Source of the DNA: Schmidtea polychroa
Lineage: Eukaryota
Assembly: GCA_044892525.1 (NCBI GenBank)
Contig: CM097885.1
Coordinates: forward strand, 8,310,001-8,374,000
DNA length: 64,000 bases
Reading direction: 5' to 3'
The notes below the pieces were generated by a model that made no database searches, was not told where the DNA came from, and saw only the letters and a program-made list of their open reading frames with translations. Position 1 is the first letter of the stretch, and every line of letters begins with the position of its first letter. A program made the position numbers and the translations under genes. Below, in pieces: positions 24,679 to 47,486 of the stretch.

Positions 24679-25706
24679 CTTAAATATTATCAATTTTTAT
24701 GAATAATTAACCCAAAAATTAGATTTATTTGATGCATTAACAACAGGAAGAAACTTAAAATCATATTTTAGAAATGGCCAGTATGAGTGACTAGACCCAT
24801 TTTACATTTCTAACAAACTGATTAGTTTGCATTTATTATTCATACCGGTTGATGACTTGATAAAATATTTCAAGCGATTTAGATTTATTTATCATTCTTT
24901 ATTTATATTTGTCAACTCATTGTTATTTATGGGTTAGCAGCATCCGCTCCACCCTTGCAACTGAATGTATACAGAGGCAGACTGATTCTCTCACCGAAAG
25001 TGATTCTTTTTTTAGCTTTTCGAATTTGAAGACCATCGAGAACTTTTACCAATGAATATGTTGAAATTGAAAAAATTGTTTGAATATTTTCAATGATATT
25101 TTTATTAATTTCATTTATCTTTTAGGTTTGGTTAAGGGTCTTGAATGAAAGAAAATTGAGTACGACAAACTCGGAGCTGCATGGAAAACATGGAAGCACC
25201 GTGAGATTACAAAACTGCAAATAGATTTGGCTTGGTCATGCAAGCATTATAAATCATGTGTCTTTTCAGTATTGTAGACTTTCCAATTTAATAATATCGT
25301 GAATAATTGCGTAGAGAGACGTCCTTACTAGGAGGTCACTGTCCCCTTAAAATATTGAAAAAATGTTATCAAACCCATTACAAATAAAAACCATATTACA
25401 TCTATTGCAATGACATTATTTACAGATTTTGTAATTCTTATTTGTTGTTGTTTTGGTTCTTTAAAAGATTATAAAACAATGAAAATAAGTGTTTTCCTTA
25501 GAATCCTTATGTAGCGAAAACACACCGTTTTATGTAATTTGTCTTGAGTTTAAAATTGTGATAGAACCAACCAAATAATACGAAAATTAAATTAAAATAA
25601 AAATATATCTTTGCAGTTTATTTCGACAAATCGACTGTCATCATCAGGCACACTAAACAAAATTAAAATAGAAAATGATTAAATTTTATTGGTCAATTAT
25701 TAAATA

Positions 25707-27907
25707 CAGTGGAACTCCAATATTTGCCCCCTTCAGTATTCGTCTTTTTCGATATTCGCCCTGTTTTTCGTCAAATTTTTTTTAGATATAAGAAAATAAT
25801 TAGAGCGAAGTTTGAAGTTAGACCACGTGTCACCGATTTAGTAAAGGAATTTGATATGTCGATAACTACCATTGCTAGCATAATAAAAATAAGGGATGCT
25901 ATTAAATCAGATGATGTCGCACAAAGTGTAACAATTCTTCCTTCCAAAAGAACACCGCTGATTGAGAACATGGAAAAGTTGTTATTAGTTTGGACAACTC
26001 AAAAACAAATGTCTTGTGAAAGTATTTCAGAAGCTATAATTTGCGAGAAAGAAAGTTACACTATCAAGATTTACAGAAAGATGGGCCTAGGCCAATAACT
26101 AGTGCTGATGATGCCGATTTCAAGACAAGTAGTGGCTGGCTCCACAATTTTAAATTGCACACATGCATTCATAATGTAGTTAGAGATGGCGAGGCTGCAA
26201 GTTCGAATGCGGGAGGAGCTAAACAGTTTGTGGTATGATTGTGGATAATTGTGCCCGCATCCATAAAATGGCACACAAGTGGATTCAACACTCCATACAG
26301 TAGCTTGCCTACTGTATTTGGCCTGCATATTTATTATGGTGTTGTTATATTTTTATTAATAAATTTTTGACCCTTTAAAAACTTCGTAGATGCCGATGAA
26401 TATCTCCCTCAGCAAGTTTTTAATTGTGATGAAACAGGGTTATTTTGGAAGAAGATGCCAAGACGCACCTACATTATAAAAGAGGATAGTTCACTACCGG
26501 GCTATAAAGTCTATGAAACACAGGTTAACCCTTATGCTCTGTGACAATGCTAGTGGTGATTGCAAAATAAAGTCATTGCTCATTTACAATTCTGAAAATC
26601 CGAGAGTCTTTAAGCAAACTAATATCATTATAAGTAAATTGAATGTTATGTTGCGATCTGGGTGATTAGGAAATTTTTAGAGTGGATTCATGAAGTCGTT
26701 GTCCCAAGTACTAAAGCTAACTAGAAAGTATTAATTAACCTGTAGAAGTTTTATTAATTTTGGATAATGCTCCTACTCATCCCCCTGGCTTAGAAGACGT
26801 TTTAACTGGTGATTACGATTATATTCGCATTACATATCTACCCCCAAATACAACTCCACTGATTCAACCCATGGATCAACAAGTAACTTATAACTTTAAG
26901 AAACTGTATACAAAAGCACTGTTTCGAAGATGTTTTGAGGTCACGTTAGAGACCAAGCTTACATTGCGTGATTTTTGGAAAAATCACTTTAATATCCTCC
27001 ATTGTTTAAGGCTAATTGATAAGGCATGGAACAAAGTCACCACCCGAACAATGAATTCTGCATGGAAAAATGTATTGCCAGAGAGTGTCAGAAAGTGACT
27101 TTGGTGGTTTTCAGGAACAGCATGTTGTTGATGAAATTGTTGCTTTGGGTGTAGTCATGGGATTTGAAATTGACAACGCAGATTTTGAAGAATTGGTTGA
27201 GGAACAAAGAATGGAACTCGAACTTTATAAAGAAAAGGAAGCTGAAACGATAAGATAAATTTGATCTAACGAGGAAAAGGATGATGGTCCAGTTTCAAGA
27301 GTTGAAATAAAGGAATGGTTGTCTACGTGGAGAAAATGCAGAAATGGCATCCAAACATCGCTATAATAAACCAACGTATCAATTCATTTGATGATGATGT
27401 GTTTGGACACTTTAGAATAATTTTAAAGAACAGAATAAAACAACCTTTGATAAGTTCTTTATAAAAACGAGTGCTGGTGAATCTTCTGGAAATGCTGGTG
27501 CTGCAACAGGAAATCAATCACTTGAAGTGACATCGCTTGATGATGTAATGGAAGGCGGCTCCACTTCCAACCAATAATAACCTACTGTAACCTTAAAAAT
27601 AAAAATTCTTAATAACAATCATTGTTTTTCTCATCCAAAAGGTAAATTTCTTTTTAAAATTTTATTTGTGTTTAGTATTTATTTAGGCCTATACAGTGTG
27701 TATTACTCATTATTTATGGCCGTACGCTGTGTTAATATGTACTGCAGTTAAGTTGTACATGGTTTGAAATGATTTCGAAGAGCGATTCTAGAGAAAAAAA
27801 AATTTTGTTAAAGAATATACAGGTAAAATTCGCGGCTGAGAACGGATTAATCCATTTTTCATCATTGCCTCGGGAACGGATTAATGACGAATATTGGAGT
27901 TCCACCG
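25707..27907 (+). mobile_element. Tigger/pogo DNA transposon, decayed
   Basis: TA|CAGTGGAACTCCAATATT ... AATATTGGAGTTCCACCG|TA; MEKLLLVW, SSGWLHNFK, FNCDETG, DNAPTHP, QPMDQ. Confidence 0.93.
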
Positions 27908-28719
27908 TATATAAATATGTGTGCAATCTAATAAAATCTTTTTTTATTTATAATTAATAATAAAATCAAATAAAAATTGTAAATTTATACAAAACACATT
28001 TATTCCAACAAAATTTATCTACCAAATTAAGTGTAATATTATTACTTACTGGAACCCTACAAATCTCTCTGAATCCTGTTCAATTGAGAGTCCATATGCT
28101 GAAATAACGCGCCAAGTTTTCAGAAACTAGTTTTGTCATATTGGCAGTAGAGCTTCAATTCCATCTCTATGAAGTGATGGAAAACCTAGGGGAAAGAAAT
28201 ACTTTCTGTGCATTAATGTCTCTTGGGTTTTGGAATAGAAGTTGGCAAAAATATACAAATAAACTTTATAAATATTAGCAAAAACAACTGAAAAATCACC
28301 GACGACATAACAGCTACTCTGCTAAACTTTCTTCACTTTTATGAGACCTTCAAAGCTTAAAATCGAGACTCGCTGATGAAAAACTAGCAGTTTCGAAGGC
28401 TAGCTAGACATATGTTTGCTTCTCCGAGACTGGAAAGGCTAAAGAAAAGAAAGTGTTAACAAAAATCTATTTTTAAGTTATAATTTATTTCTGAGTGGTC
28501 CATGGAAAATTTTGAGCCGTCAACAGGATTCGTATTTTTAGTTAAGTCCTCAAATCCAAGACATTACAACTATGCTCGCGCTAGCTATTCCCGTAGTTTG
28601 TCGGTCTTTTTGGCACAACAAAGTACATAGACGAGTGTAGGTTTAACCGGCCCGGTTACATGTATCGTTGTGGTCAGTTACGCGCGCAACCACCCCTACT
28701 TCTCTGTATTTCACACATT

Positions 28720-29019
28720 TACTTGTGTTAGAAATAACATGGATATAAAAAGGTTAAACGGTTTGGCTTTGTTATATATTCATCAAGACATTAAAATCAG
28801 TACAGATGAAATACTTTCTGAATTAATGAAGGGACAAAGGGGAATTTATATTATATTGTAATATATTCTATGCAATATACATTGTTAATTAATTGATAAT
28901 AAATTTGTTAATTATCTTAAAATATATGTTTCGATTTTTCCGTTTCAACTTTTAACATTGCTCGATGAATTGGAATAATTAATAATTCACGCTAAGTTTA
29001 AATCCTGGCTATGTCCCTG
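28720..29019 (+). mobile_element. hAT 3'-end fragment
   Basis: RLNGLALLYIHQDI dimerisation tail; ends CCTGGCTATGTCCCTG. Confidence 0.6.
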
Positions 29020-30063
29020 ATGTTTGTAATATTTATTTTCCAGATAATATTAAACGTTCAGTATTTTAATTAAAATGTTCAGTAATTTATGTTTCAGTAA
29101 ATAAGATAATTTTGTTCAGTAAAAAAAATCTAATTCAAAAAAAACATTTTTTGGTCAATATATTATCAAAAATAGACAGTAAAACAAGGGTTAAGGTTAG
29201 GGTAATTTATTTAAAAATTAATGAGCATTTAATGAACACTGAACATTTATTCCAATTACTGAACATTTATTCCTTTCTACTGAGTATAAAAATACTGAAC
29301 ATTTTAATCAAATTACTGAAAGGCTTCTTCAAAATACTGAACATTTAAATCGCACTCTTTATTTTCCTTTATTTTATTAAAAAGAGAGCTTGAAGACTAT
29401 AAATCAGTAATATATCGATGGTTGTTGATACTCACGAATTTTCGGCACTGCCTTTTTCAAGTGAATTTGAAATATAGTTCAAATTATTTTATTAGTAAAT
29501 TGAAATGACAATGATAATATTTTAATATTTTGATCTGGACCAGTTTTAATTTTAACTTTAAAAAATTTAATAACTCCATTTCCGATCCACCCACGTGAGA
29601 TTTTCATTTTTACCAAATTTACTCCGAATCGTTTATTAATAATCTTAGGAATGTATTTTGACATTTACATTCGATTTTGCACTGGCTTGAAAATTAGAAA
29701 AATTAATTTTATAATTAATTAGTTAATATAATGTAATTAATTTTTAATTAATTATAAATTAATTAATTTTTAATTAATTATAAATTAATTAATAATTAAT
29801 AAAATAGAATTGTAAAAATTTATTAGAATAGTTATAATAATTATAATTAAATTTCCTTATTCCAAAATATAATGATCGAAATCAGAATTATTCATTTGTA
29901 TGTTTGTGTTTTATGTTTGTCTCTCATAAAACAAATTAAAGCATTTTCCACCTTGAAACATTCACTGCTGGTTAAAAATAATTTTTACTTTTGTTGAATT
30001 AAGGCACGATTGTACTTTTTTTAGTATTTACATTTTAATTAATCTTTATAAGTTTCTGTCTAA

Positions 30064-32900
30064 GTGCCCATCCAAAATGACGTCATGCTCCTAGGGAGGG
30101 AGTTTTGAGAAATGTGACATTACAAAAAATTATTTCATTTGACAATTTTATCACTATTATTTAGTCATTCAAATAAATTTAATTTTTTATTCACTAGATC
30201 CGCCATGGCCAACCGGTGGCCCGCGAAGCGTTTTGATGTGGCCCGGACACAATTTTACACATCAAATCAATAATTGTCTTTTTTAGAATTCGTATTCGAA
30301 TTAAGCATGTTTTTAATCTAAAAAATTGATTCTAAGTTTACTTGAATCGTAAAAACGAGTTATATTTATTTAAATGAATTTATTGTGGTCCGTGATAGTA
30401 TTTTTCCGCAAATTTGGCCCTTCGATTGATTTGAGTTGACCACCACTGCCCTAGATGTTAAATTTTAATTAAATTTCACTAACTTACTTCATCAGGTAGA
30501 GAATTTGAGAACAAATATTTTTTATTTCTAAAAAAAATTTAATGCAGACAGTTTTAGTTGAATTTTAATAAACTGAACTTTGATCATTATACTAAAATCA
30601 AACCGATTAATTAAAATTTATATTACAAATTCGTAAATAATTTAATTATAAGTCATTAATTATAAATAATATTTGCAGGGAATTCACTTGTGATGATGGA
30701 TAAAAATAAAATGTACTAGTGCCTTTTTGACGCGTACGTTTCAGCATATCCTTCAAAGAGCAGAAAGGCTTGCCAAGAAGAACTAGTTCAAAAGTGGAAT
30801 AAAATAAAAACTCGTAAAGATTTCCAATTTAAAGCTGATCGTTGGTTCCAAGAACTAAAGACCCTTTCCACAACAAAATAGGATCACTCCTTACATTTTG
30901 CCCCAAACAAACATCATCGGCAAGCAAACTCTCACCCACAAATGTGCCTGTCAAAATACTTTTGAATTCAAATTCGCAGTCTGATAAACAAGTTTCTGAT
31001 ACTCATACTGATTTTTTTTAGTACTAGCAATTCAACAACATTAAGAATTGCTACAGTCCAGCTGCAATTGCAGTCGTAGATTGATATTCTGAATTCTGAT
31101 CTGGTCAGCGTGTACGAACGACAAAAATGTGGAATACTTTCACATGAATAAGATATATAATTGAAAGAAAACTAAATTGGAAGGCCAGTTGAAGAAAAAG
31201 AAAGATGATCAGAAAGAGCACAGAAAGCGAGAAGTGAGAAGAAAAGAAAATTGAACGCTCTATTTGAATATAATCCAGAATTACGCACATCTCTGAATGT
31301 CAAAGACAAGATTGGTAGACGAAGGATTGAGGAAGATCAGCCTTTATTACTGGAAACTATTGTGAATATTGCTATGCATGCATCAGCATCTCATAAAAGA
31401 AGACAGAGTGATGTATACAGAAGCATAAAAACATTATATCAGCTGACTGAACAGTTGAAAATGGATGGCTTTACAATCAGTAGAAGTGGTCTATACCTTC
31501 ATCTTTTGCTGAAGCCCAGTTCATCTCTTGAAGGCCAACGTCATGTGTCAACAATTCCAGTGAAACTCATCAAAGCACAGAACAATCACCATGCTAAACA
31601 TATCGATGGTTTTTTCTGTATTACAACACTAAGGCACACGGAAAAATTAGCATCCATGCTAGGACCGAATGATCAGATGACAAGGCTCGTATTCCAATTG
31701 GGACGACAGCTGCAAATAAGCAAATTCCACTACTGATGCATGTCGACCTACCTGACCATGATTGGGTTGTGGCCGCACGACACAAATTAATTCCTTCTGT
31801 GTATGCAGGAATCCAGATTCAGCCTAATGGTTTAGGAAACCCAGAAGCTGTTAGTTATTTGGAACCGACATATATAGAAATCAGATGTCATCAACAGCAT
31901 TCAGTACGGACTTGATTTTGAGAAAGTATTTACACTCAAGGAGTTTGACATCATTAGAAGAAGGGGTATTGATCGATGGGTTAAACCAATTTTAGTGTTG
32001 ACAGTTGATGGTGGCCCTGGCGAGAACCCTCGATACCAAAAAGTGATTAAGATTGTAGTACACCACTTTTTCCAGCATGATTTTGATGCTTTATTTCTTG
32101 CTATGAACGCTCCTGGAAGAAGTGCGTTTAATAGGGTTGAGAGAAAAATGGCACCACCTAGTAAGGAACTTGCTAAATTGATATTACCATATGACTACTA
32201 TGGTAGCCATCTGAATGAAAGAGGTGTCACAATCGACGTTTATTTAGAGAAGACAAATTTTGAGTTTGCAGGGAATACTCTAGCTGAAATGTGGTCACAT
32301 TTGATTGTCGATAATGTTCCGAGTCTGAGCTACACGAAAAAAATCTCGTGTCCAAGGACCAAAAATGGTATGATATGCACGTGCAAAAAAAATGCCATGA
32401 CAATAATTGCTGTTCGAAACCAGGAAGTTCCTATTTCAGTGTGGTAACAGACAGATTTCTTCCTAGTCCATTGCCAGTTGTTCAAACAAGCGAACAGCAG
32501 TTGCAGCCTCTAATAAATTTACATCTCTGTTTGCAGCACAAAGTTTGAAAGTAGCTGACATCGTTCCTCGCTCTTCAAATTCCTATCGGTCAATTCCATA
32601 CGACTCCATACAATCCTTCCTTAGTGATAGGATCTGCAAGAAATGTTACAAATACTTTGCGTCGTTAGTCATACTGCGAAGTCACTCTGTAATACACAGG
32701 CAAGAAACAACTAATCCGACCCAACGTCTCAAGCCTCAGAAAATGTCTGCACGTCGGCAACGTGAACATATGATTGTATTCGAAAATGTGAAAATAAGAA
32801 AGTACAGATTGGGTGAATGAAGAAGAGCTTGATCTGAATGAAATATTCATTCCACAGGATGATGGTGTCCATCTTCTCTCTAATTATTCCATGAAGGGAC
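30064..32900 (+). mobile_element. Zator-like DNA transposon, decayed transposase (~30690-32880)
   Basis: DDKARIPIG, LTVDGGPGENPRY and NAPGRSAFNRVERKM motifs (ISAzo13/TP36-related DDE); left end after TAA resembles a Zator terminus. Confidence 0.65.
30200..30448. mobile_element. hAT/Charlie-type MITE nested in the Zator-like element
   Basis: TSD CACTAGAT/CCCTAGAT; end GTTGACCACCACTG; internal GTGGCCC repeats. Confidence 0.75.
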
Positions 32901-33917
32901 ATTTTTAGAAATTAAGCTTCAATAAATTCAAATCATTTTGTGGAAATAACAGTGCTTCAGGATATGTTTGATATATAATCTTAGCAGATAAATACAATTT
33001 TTTTATTAGAAAGCTTGACTATGAATCAGTAAATATATCGATGTTTTTGATATTCACCAATTTTCGGCACTGCCTTTTTCAAATGATTTTCAAGATTTTT
33101 AATAAATACAATGTCAATTGAAAAGAAATCAGTGTTGAAAATTGAAAAAAGTTCTTATAATAGTTACAATATTTTAGTTTCAAAGTTCAAATATTCATTT
33201 TGCAAACATGTTTATATACTACTCGTAAATGGTTAATCCAATTACTCTACTTTAAATGAATTCAATTTACAATACGTAATTCAAATGTTGTGCTTATAAT
33301 AAACAATACCATCCTCTAATATTGGATAACCCGGTGAGTAATGTGTAATTGAAAGTTTAAACATCTGAAAAATGTTACCCGTGAAACTCTTGGATATTTG
33401 TCAAGCTAAGAACGATTATTCTCCCATATTCCTTTCATGTTCCCCATATTTATATATTTTATGTCCTTTTAGACTTTTTAATGATAAAATAAAGGAGTAT
33501 CCATTAAAATCACAAAAGTGTTTTATTGTTGAATTTATCATAACAGTGAGTTTCACAAGGGTCAATGTACAATTTCAATAAAAGAAATCTCATTTATATA
33601 CATACGAAGCACCATCGAATCGAATAAAATAATAAAATTGCATGCTGAAGGAGGAGGAAATTTGCAGAATGTAATCCGTCCGAAATAGAAATGAGAATTT
33701 ACAGTAAAAAAAAGGTCACATCTGAAATAGTCTATCGAAGAGAGCCTTTACATAAGAAGGCACAAGAGTGAATGGATTTGACAGCACAGAAATAGATTTC
33801 CAACAAAAAAAGAACAAATCTCCATGCAAAAAATAGATCCAAAATGAAAAGACTTTGTCTAAGTTATTTAGAACAGTTGCAGAAATAAGATTTAATAAGA
33901 AAAATCTATGAAGGCTT

Positions 33918-43049
<9,132 letters not shown>

Positions 43050-43456
43050 TGTCACTATAAATTAAATCAGAATAATTTTTGCTCTTTTTTTTAATTGAAA
43101 AAGATATTATTAAAGATAATTAAGTTAAATTGTACAAAATAACCTTGATTAATGTAATTAATAACTTAAAACAAACACAATCGAAATTTATAATCTTAAA
43201 CTTACATTATGAAAAACAATTTCCAATTAATCGGGAATGAAATTTATATGAATAAAAAATGTGTGTTTGGAATTTGATGTTGCTTTTTAAATAAAACTTT
43301 GAGTTATCTTATATTAAAACTTAAAAATTATGTCATAAAAATTGTGTAATTGCACTTGATAGAAGAAATTCTGTAAAAACCAATTAATACAAATTATAAT
43401 TACTCACTGAAAATTTTTAATAAACTCAATTATGAAAATTAATAATTTATTTATTT

Positions 43457-45694
43457 TTAAAAAATTGTATAAATCATGATCAATATATAAAAACATAAAA
43501 TCTCCAAAAGTCCACCGACTAAAATAGTGCAAATCGACGTCGTTACAACAGAATAACTAGAAAGATCTTTGACAAAATTCACAAACAATTTGCAATTTGC
43601 TAAATTTTTTAATATTTTTATCTGATAAAAGTCTTTCAAGGAGTTGAACAGTTTGTCGAATGTTGAACTGATTTCTTGGTCGAAAATTCTGTGGAAATGT
43701 ATGATAATTAAACTTTTGTTTTTTATGTTCAACTGAGATTGATAAATATCGGGGAAAAGTGTTTTAAATTTTTCGGGTAAAAATAAATTTTTTTCTATCG
43801 CTTGAAAATCCTTGAACAGGGTTTGAATTATTTTGTGGTTGGTAAAAATTACATTGTCAATTCCAGAAAATAAGTTTTCCATGGGAATAGCTGTTAATTT
43901 TGAACATTTAGAAAGCCGGATTTCGTGCATCAGTTGTTTTATGTGATTGATATATTGTAAAATTCCAAGAACCGATTTCAGGTTCATTTCATTATCTTTT
44001 TTATTGAGAATCTTTCGAAGAAAGTCGTAAATTACGTTTCCGTATTCTTTTTTTATGTCAGGAAACGATATTTTCTTTAATAAATCAATAATTTTCTTGT
44101 CAGAACTCATTTTTGATGTCATAATGAGCTTTTGGAAAAAATTAGATTTTTTAAGTGCTTCAAAATTGATAATTGAATCGAATTTTAAAATTGTGAAAAT
44201 TGATTGAGAATGAGTGCAATTATCTTTTATATACCCCAAACTTTGATTTGGAAGAGTTGTTGGTAAGTTAATAAAGGCTTGATATTCTCCTAATCTTGTA
44301 TTGATGTTCGTTTTGATATCGGTCCATATGTTGTTAATATGTTTTGACAAGATTATGTCGACTTTTGAAAAGTTTTCATTTTCTCTCTCAAAATATCGGA
44401 GACTTTCATTATATATAGCTGTCAGCATGACTAAAGAGAGCACCAGCAAAACTGATGTAATTGTTAAAAATAAAATTATCAAAATTATCAAAATTATCAA
44501 AATATTCGATGTTTTTGGAATCCTTTTGTTGAAAGTGAATATTATAATGAAAAGATATTCAAAGTAGTTTATTAAGGCGTAGACTGTAATAGTGAAAACC
44601 TCTAACGCTCTCAAATGAGTGTCAATATATTTTGAATCCTTGAAAGACTTTTCTGTTATCTTGTGGATTTTAACAGCATAGTCGGACATAATAATGAAAA
44701 TCTGGTTTTTCTTTACCTCAATCAAATCTAAAGGAATATTTCTTTTGAAATCAGCCAGTGCTTCTGGCGCTACCTTATTCATGTCTCTGTTTATTTCATC
44801 AAATTCCTTTTTGATTTTGAGGATATTCACATCCATTGGGACAAATTCGTGAATTTTTGTGATAAAAATCGAACTATCAAATTTCAAATTTGTGTTCGGC
44901 TTGTTATTGGCAATAATTTGTAATAAATTATCGATTTCAGCACAGTTTTTGTACCGAGATAAATTTAAACTCTTATCGGAGAAAAGATCTGAGATCGATT
45001 CAAGTTTACCGATTGATTTTAGCACTTGGGAATGGTGCCATTTGCTATAGAAAGAAATTCTATGAAACGAACTGTTGACTAACATGAGATTTTCTATGAA
45101 ATTTGGCATTTCTTTAAATAGGGTCTTCACTTGAAGGTCCACCATCAACCGGGACATTATTGCAAAGATCGTCGAATTGATTATTGTCGTAGAATTTTCT
45201 ATAATAGAATTGAAATCAACTTTTTTCTGAAAATCAATCAAAGAATGATTTACGAATGATTGGAATTGGAATAAAGATTGATTCCCAGAACGATAGAAAG
45301 TGGAATTCGTAGAAAATGTCGATGATAAAAATGCAACTTTTAATGAAAAACTTATTATTAAAAAACCTAAAACAAAATATATTATTCCACTCCTAAATGC
45401 GAATGGACGAAGATCTTTCGGATTTGCGAACAATGTTCGCATATATCTTCTCATTAAAACAAAGGCGATTATTGCTAACGAAATAAAGAATAGAGATAAG
45501 AGTATTGCTAGTGTTAAATAAGTTTTATTTGAAGATTTCGTAATAAAAATAGATTTCACATAATTGATCCAAGTGGAAGATTCGGATAGACGTCCGTAGG
45601 ATGATCCGTTAATCACTTTTGAAAGGTAATTGAATATCCCACCATTCTTTTCGCTTTGAAAGCCATTCATTAGATGTTTAATTAAATGATCCAT
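43457..45694 (-). CDS. intronless prominin-like 5-TM glycoprotein, paralogue A (745 aa)
   Basis: TM-TM-large loop-TM-TM-large loop-TM; many N-x-S/T sites; C-x3-QSIF-x2-L motif; aligns along its length with 60442..62727. Confidence 0.72.
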   Translation of the reverse strand: MDHLIKHLMNGFQSEKNGGIFNYLSKVINGSSYGRLSESSTWINYVKSIFITKSSNKTYLTLAILLSLFFISLAIIAFVLMRRYMRTLFANPKDLRPFAFRSGIIYFVLGFLIISFSLKVAFLSSTFSTNSTFYRSGNQSLFQFQSFVNHSLIDFQKKVDFNSIIENSTTIINSTIFAIMSRLMVDLQVKTLFKEMPNFIENLMLVNSSFHRISFYSKWHHSQVLKSIGKLESISDLFSDKSLNLSRYKNCAEIDNLLQIIANNKPNTNLKFDSSIFITKIHEFVPMDVNILKIKKEFDEINRDMNKVAPEALADFKRNIPLDLIEVKKNQIFIIMSDYAVKIHKITEKSFKDSKYIDTHLRALEVFTITVYALINYFEYLFIIIFTFNKRIPKTSNILIILIILIILFLTITSVLLVLSLVMLTAIYNESLRYFERENENFSKVDIILSKHINNIWTDIKTNINTRLGEYQAFINLPTTLPNQSLGYIKDNCTHSQSIFTILKFDSIINFEALKKSNFFQKLIMTSKMSSDKKIIDLLKKISFPDIKKEYGNVIYDFLRKILNKKDNEMNLKSVLGILQYINHIKQLMHEIRLSKCSKLTAIPMENLFSGIDNVIFTNHKIIQTLFKDFQAIEKNLFLPEKFKTLFPDIYQSQLNIKNKSLIIIHFHRIFDQEISSTFDKLFNSLKDFYQIKILKNLANCKLFVNFVKDLSSYSVVTTSICTILVGGLLEILCFYILIMIYTIF

Positions 45695-46206
45695 CTGATT
45701 TCTAATGACGTAGATTAGATTGCTGCTAAACTACTGCAACACCGATCCGAAATCATAATGACTAATAACAGTAATAGTAAATACTACTCATTAAATATAT
45801 CAAATAGCACTGTGCTCTTAAATTTGATTCGTCCATTCAATATCAGATCAAACATTGTGATGATAATTACTTAATCAATAATAAAAACTAGATTTTGCAA
45901 TCAGATTTCATCGCCCACTGATTTGTTCAAATTTAATCTGAAGTACCTTTTATCAATCATTCCAAACTCAAAGTTCAAATTTTTGATACATTATGAAGGG
46001 TTTTCAAGTTTCAAGAATCAACTTACTACACGCTTCAAAGATCACTAATAAATGATTGGAATAGATGAGTATATTTCGGATTCAGTAAATGGACATGAGA
46101 ATTGACCCAAATAAGATAATATTATTCCTAGGTGATGTCGGTTGGGAGCGCTTATTGCACTGTGCAAAATAGTTTTTTATTTGTAAGAACATTTGAACTA
46201 ATTTAG

Positions 46207-46256
46207 GAATCTGTTTACTATTTTTTAAATCGTGCAACGCCGGGTAACCCAGCTAG
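46207..46256 (+). mobile_element. Helitron 3'-end fragment
   Basis: Near-identical to 48820-48868; GC-rich hairpin region then CTAG|T. Confidence 0.75.
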
Positions 46257-47486
46257 TATTTTATAATAATAGATGTCTTTAAAAATATTTTTCGTTTTAC
46301 ATATTGAAGGGGAGGGTTCGTGCCTTTGAGAAAATTGTAAAAACAGGTAAAAGAACGTAAAGGAACGCCTAGTGGTTGTGTTAAAGCATGATGCAAAAGA
46401 AGACTGGCAGTTCTCAGTTTAGAAAAATCACAAGTACAAACGATTTATTATGGCATCAAAGAAACATTGAATTATTTTTAATTGTGTTCAACAATATAAA
46501 AATGATGATTAACGACACAAATGCAGTTGAGACTATTACAACGTCAGTTTATGCCATTAAATTGACCAGTTTCACCGTATGTTGGCTACCGCCATCATGT
46601 TCTCAATAGTATTTTGAAGCACGTCACGGATGCATGAAGTCAAACTAATTCGACACATATAGACTAGTGTAAGCCACTATTTAATGTCATGGATTTAATT
46701 AAATGTCACTTGGCTATGACACATACACACACATTTATTAAAAGCAGGTTTTATTTATATTATTAATCTATTAAGCCATCTTCAATTGCTCTCTGGTGTA
46801 TGATTTTGTGGTTGATATTATGCACAATAATGAAAGGACAATTTACTCAATCTTACAATGGTAATATGTAATTCTTAGTCGGTAGTCAGATATCACAAAT
46901 AATCTAAAAACTTCATTTGTGTGTGTGTGTGTGACAGATCTTCAAACGGTTTCAATAACATCAGTCAACTTTATTGCTGAACTTGTTTATATTATCAATG
47001 AGTAATTTTTGTCTATCCGATTGAAATGATTTATGTTCAAAACAATTTTTACTCTCTATTAACTTCGCTGATGTATGTTTGTATGTGGCACGCAAATTTT
47101 GTGAGGCAATATTAACCTACTTTCCGTAGATTTGCTGTCGAGAACACTGCATGCTATCATAATTTCAGATCGATCCGATCACGGAAAGTGGGTTAATTTA
47201 AAAAATATTGATATGTTAATATTGATATCGTAAAGAGATAATGTAATTTTATCTAAAATATATTGAAATTAAGAGAGTGAAATATAGAGTTTCAAAAACC
47301 ATGTTTTATGGTTAATTTCTTAATTTTATTAATTAATTAAATTTTTTCTTCTAACATTCTAAAATACCCAGTGTTTATCATTCATATATTTTGCCAGTAA
47401 CTATAAAGTTATTAAGCTACTATTAAGTTATTCAGATAAACTTTAGTATGATTTTGCTATTTTCTATCAAAATAACTAAATAATTT

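Noticed and set aside
29040..29350. GGGTTAAGGTTAGGG as an interstitial telomere
   Set aside because: Only about two units, inside an imperfect palindromic MITE-like repeat.
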